From Oscillospiraceae bacterium (GTDB lineage: Bacteria; Bacillota; Clostridia; Oscillospirales; Acutalibacteraceae), in the NCBI GenBank assembly GCA_022508845.1, contig JAFLUL010000001.1, forward strand, positions 5,699 through 69,698: 64,000 nucleotides of DNA, written 5' to 3'. The notes below the pieces were generated by a model. The model saw nothing but the letters and a program-made list of their open reading frames with translations. It searched no databases and was not told where the DNA came from. The stretch's first letter is position 1. Each line of letters begins with the position of its first letter. Made by a program: the position numbers and the translations under genes. Positions 12,657 through 18,955 of this stretch are shown here, one piece after another.

Positions 12657-13010
12657 ATGATGGATATAAAAGAAAATATTATCGTTGAAAAAAGCAAAAC
12701 TTTTGCGCTGCGAATAATAAAAATGTATCAGTATTTGCGGAGAGAAAAACGCGAATATGTATTATCCGCACAGGTTCTCAGAAGCGCTACAATCATTGGA
12801 GCAAATGTCAGGGAAGCTATGCGAGGACAAAGCAAACCGGATTTTTACTCAAAGTTAAATATTGCTTTAATAGAGGCAAGCGAGACAGAATATTAAATAG
12901 AACTTTTATATGCCGGAGGTTATATTTGCCAAAAGCACTATGAAAGCATCTGCGCAGATTGTCAGGAAATAATTAAGATTTTTGTTGCAATCACGAAAAC
13001 TCAAAAATGA
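12657..13010 (+). pseudogene. Four-helix-bundle protein (23S rRNA intervening-sequence protein family), interrupted by an in-frame TAA
   Basis: Track ORF 12657..12896 ends ...IEASETEY at a TAA stop. The same frame then continues IELLYAGGYICQKHYES...ITKTQK to TGA 13008-13010. In this family the motif is E(T/A)xYW, so the TAA sits where Trp is expected. Confidence 0.65.
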
Positions 13011-13045
13011 TTCCGAATCCCGAATTTCGAATTCCGAATTTTCCC
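13011..13045. repeat. Right arm (TTCCGAAT-type repeats) of the element enclosing the four-helix-bundle ORF
   Basis: ttccgaatcccgaatttcgaattccgaatttt is an inverted complement of the left arm. It is nearly identical to the solo arm at 23938-23965. Confidence 0.7.
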
Positions 13046-13061
13046 GAAGGGTGACATTATT

Positions 13062-13709
13062 ATGCCAATTCTTAACGTAAATCCAACCCGAATGGAGCTT
13101 ACAAACTTAAAGCGCAAGCTCGCCACTGCTCGCCGCGGACACAAGCTCCTGAAGGATAAACGCGATGAGCTTATGCGCCGCTTTATGGAAATGGTGCGCG
13201 AAAATAAGGAGCTCCGCAAAAAGGTTGAAAATAATATCGCTCAGGCAAACGCCCATATGGCGGTTGCCCGCTCCGTTATGGGCGATGCCGCCTTAGAAGC
13301 GGCTCTTATGATACCTATGCAGGAGATGAATGTTGAGGTCAGCGAAAAAAACGTTATGAGCGTTATTATTCCTCAGTTCACCGGGGCACTGAGAACCGCC
13401 GACGAATCGGATATTTATCCCTATGGTTTTGCGTTTACCTCCTCTGAGCTTGACGGCGCGGTAAAGTATATCTCCGATATTCTCCCTGAGCTGATAAAAC
13501 TTGCCGAGATCGAAAAGTCATGTCAGCTTATGGCTGCCGAAATTGAAAAAACGCGCCGCAGAGTGAACGCCCTTGAGCATGTTATGATCCCTCAGTATGA
13601 GGAAACTATCCGTTATATAACAATGAAGCTTGATGAAAATGAGCGAGGAAACACCACCCGCATTATGAAGGTCAAGGATATGATGCTCAAACAAGCTCAC
13701 GGATATTAA
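13062..13709 (+). CDS. ntpD: V-type ATP synthase subunit D
   Basis: N-terminus MPILNVNPTRMELTNLKRKLATARRGHKLLKDKRDEL is the canonical subunit D start. Confidence 0.9.
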   Translation: MPILNVNPTRMELTNLKRKLATARRGHKLLKDKRDELMRRFMEMVRENKELRKKVENNIAQANAHMAVARSVMGDAALEAALMIPMQEMNVEVSEKNVMSVIIPQFTGALRTADESDIYPYGFAFTSSELDGAVKYISDILPELIKLAEIEKSCQLMAAEIEKTRRRVNALEHVMIPQYEETIRYITMKLDENERGNTTRIMKVKDMMLKQAHGY

Positions 13710-13731
13710 ATCAGATTTTTTCAAAAAGTCA

Positions 13732-13766
13732 AACCGCCGCTCTGCCGAGCGGCGGTTGTTGTTTTA
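13732..13766 (+). terminator. Rho-independent terminator of the V-ATPase operon
   Basis: Hairpin aaccgccgctc-tgcc-gagcggcggtt followed by gttgttttatt. Confidence 0.75.
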
Positions 13767-13802
13767 TTTAATAGGAAACTTCTCGTTTCCTATTAAATAA
13801 AA
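13762..13802. repeat. Perfect 18-bp inverted repeat (ttttatttaataggaaac / gtttcctattaaataaaa, 5-nt loop)
   Basis: Read directly from the sequence. Lies between convergent transcription units. Confidence 0.7.
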
Positions 13803-13804
13803 AG

Positions 13805-13895
13805 ATTTTAACGCCCGCCGAAATTTGCCCTGCGGGCAACGGCGATGGCGTAATCGAAAGCGGACACGCCACAGGCGTGCGGCGCAGCCGCTTTC
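13805..13895 (-). repeat. Structured repeat R2, copy A (hairpin plus conserved tail TTACGCCATCGCCG...AGGGCAAA..TCGGCGG.CGTTAAA)
   Basis: The reverse complement aligns with 45077-45167. The stems carry compensatory changes. Confidence 0.6.
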
Positions 13896-13929
13896 TTAAT
13901 TCAGATCGTAACTGTAATACTGCAAAACA

Positions 13930-14106
13930 ATTGTTTGTATTGCCCATTTTTGCATATCTTCTGCTTTCATCGGTTTGATTCAGCAGATAGTCTATGCTTG
14001 TGTTATAATAATCAGCCAATTTTATCAATACGGCAGTCGGAATATCATTTTCTCACGTCTCAATTTTGAATATCCGGTTTGAGGCATATTGCGCTTTTAG
14101 TATAGA
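13930..14106 (-). pseudogene. XRE-family HTH regulator remnant (5'-truncated, TGA at a Trp/Gly position)
   Basis: Minus-strand frame reads ...NRIFKIET, then a TGA stop, then ENDIPTAVLIKLADYYNTSIDYLLNQTDE. This is the C-terminal half of an XRE HTH. No in-frame start. The downstream part of track ORF 13768..14028 runs through repeat R2. Confidence 0.45.
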
Positions 14107-14150
14107 TTAACCTGTTTCAGGACATTGACTTTTAACCTGTTTCAGGTTAA
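14107..14150. promoter_or_regulatory. Two operator-like sites TTAACCTGTTTCAGG (second extends to the 19-nt palindrome TTAACCTGTTTCAGGTTAA)
   Basis: Copies at 14107-14121 and 14132-14150, 30 nt upstream of ATG 14180. Confidence 0.5.
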
Positions 14151-14179
14151 TAAAAAAAATTAAAAAAAGGGGTTATAAG

Positions 14180-14577
14180 ATGAAATCAAAAAAAGCCTGT
14201 CAGTAATTTTGTGCCTTTTATTGCTCATACCCAATTTATACGTTGGTGTTCAATCTGTTTGTCTTCCTGTCGGAAAAATTGATGCGGCTGTCGGTTCTGC
14301 AAATCCTGAGGTTATCTCAACTGATCCGCATATAACTTTAGTTCCTGAAATAACGGAAGATGGATATCTTGAAGTGAGGGTGTATGCTGTTAACTGCGTC
14401 GGATTAGAGGCTATTTACTTTACGGTTACATATGATCCCGATTGCTTAGAGTTTCTCAAATACTTATTAGGTAAAGATGCTGTACAGATAGATTATATAC
14501 GGAACAACTCTTTATGGTTGGAATGTAACCCCGAAACTGCCGGAGTTATTAAAACCGGTTTTTATTTTTTGCTCTGA
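14180..14577 (+). pseudogene. Cohesin-like domain protein, frameshifted in an A-run near the start and C-terminally short
   Basis: ATG 14180 has a good RBS and encodes MKSKK before hitting a stop. The neighbouring frame (track ORF 14209..14577) continues SLSVILCLLLLIPNLYVG..., completing a signal peptide. The body (EVRVYAVNCVGLEAIYFTVTYDPDCLEF) resembles type I cohesin-like modules. Confidence 0.5.
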
Positions 14578-14696
14578 GTAAATAAATTATGAAATACGCG
14601 GGTTTAAAAATACATAATCGTTGACCTTGCGCAGGTTTAGATAAAAAACACCCGCCGATTTTGCGTAAAACGGCGGGTGACTTTCAGCTATTGCTG

Positions 14697-15590
14697 TTAC
14701 TGAAACTTTGTTTTTATCTCTTCCCAAAGCTCCTCCATATCCTTTATGAGCTTATTAACTCTTGTTGACATTCCGGGATATGCGCGGAAGAGTCTTTTTG
14801 AAGTATGGCTTTGATCCTTGTTTTTTTCTCTGCTGCTAATTTCGTTAAACTGCGTTCGCGCGCTCTTTATCTGAGCGGATATCTCCGTTCGCCATTCCTC
14901 AAAGCGTTCGGGTGTTGAGGCGATGTTTTCAAAAAATTCGTCATATTTTGAGAGAGCCTCGCCCTTTAAGCTGTCGGCAGCAGCCTTAACATATCCGCCT
15001 GCCATAGAAACGCTGGTTTTCAGCTCGCTTAATTTGTTCATAAGCTTTTGAATGTCCATAACGTCTCTAACCGTAAATGCAAGGTCAACTATAAACACGG
15101 CGAATATCACCGCAAGCATTATGTATCTTATATTTTGCGGAACAAAACTCAGGAGATAATCGTAGACAGGTGCAACGAAGTAAACATAAATAAGCGAGAA
15201 AACCGCCCAGTAGATCGTGTGCTTGAGGCAAATTCTGCCGTTTAAGTTCAGAAATTCGTGTGAATAATCCCACCAGCGGGCGTGAAACAGCTTTTCCATC
15301 AACACGCTTGTTAAATATTCAACTATATCGGCAAAAAGCATTCCCAGCAGCAAAACAGCCCACCAGTAATTTTTAAATGGAGTCAGCAGCACGTCAAAAA
15401 CAAGCGCGCCGGTGCCGTAAATAGGACACATCGGTCCGAAAAGAAATCCCGAATTGATGATTTTTTTTTCTTTTGTTGTTTTTCTCGCGCGGTAGGTTTC
15501 TCCAAGCGAGCGGTAGGTTGATTCAACCGTCCATCCAAGCATACTGTATAAAAAGAACATCAGAACGTAGTTCAGAATTTTAACGAACAT
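14697..15590 (-). CDS. Membrane protein of the putative ABC-transporter type IV (CmpB-like, PF06541-like) family with a coiled-coil C-terminal extension
   Basis: Start MFVKILNYVLMFFLYSMLGWTVES with GGAGG 9 nt upstream. FGPMCPIYGTGA motif present. Confidence 0.65.
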   Translation of the reverse strand: MFVKILNYVLMFFLYSMLGWTVESTYRSLGETYRARKTTKEKKIINSGFLFGPMCPIYGTGALVFDVLLTPFKNYWWAVLLLGMLFADIVEYLTSVLMEKLFHARWWDYSHEFLNLNGRICLKHTIYWAVFSLIYVYFVAPVYDYLLSFVPQNIRYIMLAVIFAVFIVDLAFTVRDVMDIQKLMNKLSELKTSVSMAGGYVKAAADSLKGEALSKYDEFFENIASTPERFEEWRTEISAQIKSARTQFNEISSREKNKDQSHTSKRLFRAYPGMSTRVNKLIKDMEELWEEIKTKFQ

Positions 15591-16131
15591 TATTTTGTCC
15601 TCCGAGGCGCTTCTTTGCCTCTTCAAAGCGTTTTTTGAAAAATTCGCGGTCAGCTATGAGCATTTCGTTTGTTGCGCAGTATTTATCGCAGAGAGTAACC
15701 ACCCACCCTTCCTTATATTTCGGGGGAATGATAGTTAACGGCCACATATGCCTGAGAATAATATTCTCTTCCTTTGGGGTTATATCCATATTGAGAACCC
15801 TTGCGTTGTTCAGCGCAAAGCGCGGGTGCTTGAAGCCGTGGGGGCGGTGCCATAGTTCTTTGTCGTGCCAGTCGTAGTAAACAAGGTCGTGCAAAAGCGC
15901 TCCGCGGACTGCGGCTCTAACGTCCATTCTGCTTTTTTTTGCCCAGCAATAGGTGGTGTAAGTTACGCTCGTTATGTGGTCAAGCCTGTTTATATCGCTG
16001 TGCTGTCGGTAAATTTTTTGCCCCTGAACCTCGTCGGTATAATAGAGATCGCGTATAATATCAAAAAATTCCTTGTCGCGCTCTTCATTAAGACAGTAGG
16101 AGCGGACGTAATTATCATAGAGCTTTCCCAA
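15580..16131 (-). CDS. HD-domain phosphohydrolase
   Basis: H...HD pattern (DHITSV...ALLHDL). TTG start. Overlaps the downstream gene. Confidence 0.7.
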   Translation of the reverse strand: MGKLYDNYVRSYCLNEERDKEFFDIIRDLYYTDEVQGQKIYRQHSDINRLDHITSVTYTTYCWAKKSRMDVRAAVRGALLHDLVYYDWHDKELWHRPHGFKHPRFALNNARVLNMDITPKEENIILRHMWPLTIIPPKYKEGWVVTLCDKYCATNEMLIADREFFKKRFEEAKKRLGGQNNVR

Positions 16132-16309
16132 AACAAAAACCGCCTTTTAGCATATTTAGTATTATTCTATCATATGCGGGATATATTTTCAACAAATAAT
16201 TTCTTAAGATTTCGTTTACAAAAATAACAAAAAAATTCGATAGACATTTTGATTTGATTTATGTATAATATGGTTAAATTCGCAAAAATTTGAAAGAAAG
16301 GGCGTTTTT

Positions 16310-16768
16310 ATGAAAACAACAAAAAAATTTTTATCGCTGCTTCTTGCGGTTTTGCTCATATCGACATGTTTTGCTCCTGCGGCGGTTTTTGCCGATTCTG
16401 GCAACATGGACACCTGTGATCACAACTGGGTGTTTACCGTAACTCAGCTTGCCGACGGATGCATTTCCGGCAGAGGATATTATGAATGTTCAGTTTGTTC
16501 GTTAAGAGAATATGCGGAGATTCCCGGCTCAGAGCATAATTGGGAATGGGTAATAGATGATTATGCAACTCCGTTTCAGACGGGCAGAAAGCATCAGGTC
16601 TGCACCTACTGCGGTGCGGTTCAGAATATTAACACCAAAGTTCCCCTTGATAAAAGCTCCGGCGGCTTCGGCGACGCGATCGCGAGATTCTTTACAGGCA
16701 TTATCGCTATGTTTAAGAACGTATTTGAGCAGGTCGCGGACAACTTTTCCCGCCTATTTAAAAAATAA
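16310..16768 (+). CDS. Secreted Cys-rich protein P1 (signal peptide, two HxW...C...CxxCG modules, amphipathic Phe-rich tail)
   Basis: Signal peptide MKTTKKFLSLLLAVLLISTCFAPAAVFA. Modules CDHNW..C..CSVC and EHNWEW..CTYCG. Tail FFTGIIAMFKNVFEQVADNFSRLFKK. Confidence 0.7.
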   Translation: MKTTKKFLSLLLAVLLISTCFAPAAVFADSGNMDTCDHNWVFTVTQLADGCISGRGYYECSVCSLREYAEIPGSEHNWEWVIDDYATPFQTGRKHQVCTYCGAVQNINTKVPLDKSSGGFGDAIARFFTGIIAMFKNVFEQVADNFSRLFKK

Positions 16769-16789
16769 TTCTTTGATGGAGGAATAGAT

Positions 16790-17407
16790 ATGCGCAAAAT
16801 TAAAATTTTAATTTCACTTGTTTTGTCTGTTTTAATGCTGACGTTCTGTCTTGCTCCGGCAATGGCTTATGATGTTCTTCCTGAGGACTGCGTTCACGGC
16901 AGCTATGAATGGGTCACTGAAACTCCTGCCGACTGCACTCAAAACGGCTATATGTATCTAGAATGCACCCTTTGCGGTCAGATAGTTTCCGGAACAGAGG
17001 GAACAGTTATCCCCGCCACTGGACACAAATGGAATGCGGATGAAGGATCAAACGAAAATGCCTGCCTTGCCAGTTATACCTGCGAAGTCTGCGGCGAAAC
17101 CAAAACCGTAAGACTTCAAAACGGTGAACATTCGTGGGATGACGGCACTGTTATGCTTGAACCGAATTGCGCTTCTAAGGGCTATAAGGTTTTCTTGTGC
17201 ACGGTTGAGGGCTGCGGCGCTCAGAAATCCGAGGCTATTCCCGAAACACGCAATCATATCGACACCGATTCTAACGGCCTTTGCGATAGGTGCGGCGTTT
17301 CAATGCCCCGCGAAGAAAGCTCCGGCATATCCTTGGAGGAAATTTTCCGCAGCTTTGTTGACTTTTTCACCAATCTTTTTAACCGCATCAAGGCTCTGTT
17401 TTCATAA
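16790..17407 (+). CDS. Secreted Cys-rich protein P2 (paralogous architecture, four modules)
   Basis: Signal peptide ...CLAPAMA. Modules with CTLCG, CEVCG, EGCG and CDRCG. Tail IFRSFVDFFTNLFNRIKALFS. Confidence 0.7.
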   Translation: MRKIKILISLVLSVLMLTFCLAPAMAYDVLPEDCVHGSYEWVTETPADCTQNGYMYLECTLCGQIVSGTEGTVIPATGHKWNADEGSNENACLASYTCEVCGETKTVRLQNGEHSWDDGTVMLEPNCASKGYKVFLCTVEGCGAQKSEAIPETRNHIDTDSNGLCDRCGVSMPREESSGISLEEIFRSFVDFFTNLFNRIKALFS

Positions 17408-17423
17408 TCTGAGATTATATTTC

Positions 17424-17452
17424 ACCGGCTTCCGAGCGAGGCCGGTATTTTT
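17424..17452 (+). terminator. Hairpin plus T-run after P2 (possible attenuating terminator)
   Basis: accggc-ttccgagcgag-gccggt followed by attttt. Confidence 0.5.
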
Positions 17453-17474
17453 GTAAGAAAAGCGGTGGAATAAA

Positions 17475-18584
17475 TTGAAAAATATTTCAGTTATGATAAA
17501 GCCTGCTTCTTCGCTGTGTAATATGAAATGCGATTATTGCTTTTATAACGATATAAGCGATATCAGAAGCACTCGCTCTTTTGGGATTATGAGCAGAGAA
17601 ACGGCAGAAAAAATTATAAAAAACATATTTTGCTGCACCGAAAATGGAGATAGGATCACCTTTATTTTTCAGGGAGGCGAGCCAACACTCGCAGGACTTG
17701 ATTTTTTCAGATTTTTTGCTGAAAAGGCTGAGGAATACCGCGAAAGCGGAGTTCATATGAGCTTTTGTTTGCAAACAAACGGCTGTATGATAGATGAAAA
17801 ATGGTGTTACTTTTTAAAGGAACATAATTTTTTGGTTGGACTGTCTCTTGATTGCGATCCCGATATCCATAATTTATACCGGCGGGATTTTTCCGGGAAG
17901 GGAACCTTTTCGCGCGTAACGGAAGCAAAAAAGCTGTTTGAGCGCTTTAAGGTTGAATTTAATATTTTATCCGTTCTATCAAACCCCTTGGCGCGGCATC
18001 CGGGGGCGGTATGGAATTTTATCCTTTCGGGTAATATTAAATATGTCCAGTTTATTCCCTGCCTTGCACCGCTTTGCGGCGGAAAAAGCGGCTTTGCCCT
18101 CTCTTCGGAACGTTATGCCTCATTTTACAGCGCCCTTTTTAAGCTTTGGCTGGAGGAATATAAAAAAGATAATTATATCAGCGTAAAGCTTTTTGACGAT
18201 ATAATAAATCTGCTGGCTTTTTCGCGCTCCGGCGCGTGCGGACTAACGGGAAACTGCTCCTCTCAGATAGTTGTTGAGGCGGACGGCAGCGTTTATCCCT
18301 GCGATTTTTACGCTCTCGATCGATATCAAACAGGCAATCTTTCAGAAGAAACCCTAAGCAAGGTTTATTATTCAAAAACGGCACAGGACTTTTTAAACAG
18401 AGAAAATGTTTTGCCCTCTCTTTGCAAAGAGTGCCGCTATAAAGCTATATGCGGCGGAGGCTGCGAGCGTATGAGAAGTCAGATATTCTGCTCCGAGGGC
18501 GATAAGAATTGCGGGCAGAAACTTTTTTTGGACAAATGCATAGAACCTATGCTTGATATAGCGCAGCGTATGAGACGTATTTAA
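17475..18584 (+). CDS. Radical SAM / SPASM-domain maturase (anaerobic sulfatase-maturase-like)
   Basis: CxxxCxxC motif as CNMKCDYC, GGEPTL, and a C-terminal SPASM Cys cluster (CKECRYKAICGGGC). Start is TTG 17475 or ATG 17496. Confidence 0.85.
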   Translation: MKNISVMIKPASSLCNMKCDYCFYNDISDIRSTRSFGIMSRETAEKIIKNIFCCTENGDRITFIFQGGEPTLAGLDFFRFFAEKAEEYRESGVHMSFCLQTNGCMIDEKWCYFLKEHNFLVGLSLDCDPDIHNLYRRDFSGKGTFSRVTEAKKLFERFKVEFNILSVLSNPLARHPGAVWNFILSGNIKYVQFIPCLAPLCGGKSGFALSSERYASFYSALFKLWLEEYKKDNYISVKLFDDIINLLAFSRSGACGLTGNCSSQIVVEADGSVYPCDFYALDRYQTGNLSEETLSKVYYSKTAQDFLNRENVLPSLCKECRYKAICGGGCERMRSQIFCSEGDKNCGQKLFLDKCIEPMLDIAQRMRRI

Positions 18585-18611
18585 AAAATCGCAGAAAAAC
18601 AAAAAAATGTC

Positions 18612-18640
18612 TTGACAGCCTGCTTTTTCGGTGTTAAAAT
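18612..18640 (+). promoter_or_regulatory. Sigma-A type promoter (TTGACA-17-TAAAAT) of the T-box leader
   Basis: TTGACA at 18612-18617 and TAAAAT at 18635-18640. Confidence 0.6.
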
Positions 18641-18661
18641 GTGTTCTACAACCAAATATAA

Positions 18662-18927
18662 AGGCTGTGACGAAGACGAAAAGAGCAATATTCAGCTTGC
18701 AGAGAGCCGGGGAAGGTGTGATCCCGGCAGCCGATAGCTTATTTTCCATCCCTTCCGAGCCGAAAGAGTGAAAAATCATTTTGAGTAGTTCTTTCCGTTA
18801 TTGCTGCGTTAATGCATAAGGCTTGTCAGAGTCTGAGTGGCGCCCCGAAAGGCGCAATTTGAGTGGTACCGCGGGTTTAGTTTATAGGCTCGTCTCAAAG
18901 AAATCATCTTTGGGGCGGCTTTTTTTT
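18662..18927 (+). promoter_or_regulatory. T-box riboswitch leader with intrinsic terminator
   Basis: Stem I has a K-turn (GGC-UGU-GA / GA-GCC), an AGAGAG bulge and a distal GGUGUGA loop. Stems II and III are present. T-box sequence AAUUUGAGUGGUACCGCGG at 18856-18874. Terminator hairpin 18888-18919 plus a U-run. Confidence 0.85.
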
Positions 18928-18955
18928 GTACCGCTCCGCGAAAGGAGAAAAAACT

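Noticed and set aside
12894-14055. Possibility of a non-standard genetic code, because stop codons sit at expected Trp positions (TAA at 12894, TGA at 14053-14055).
   Set aside because: TGA and TAA are used as genuine stops of many well-conserved genes here (for example ntpA ends TGA overlapping the ntpB ATG). Both affected genes show other signs of decay or are mobile-element cargo.
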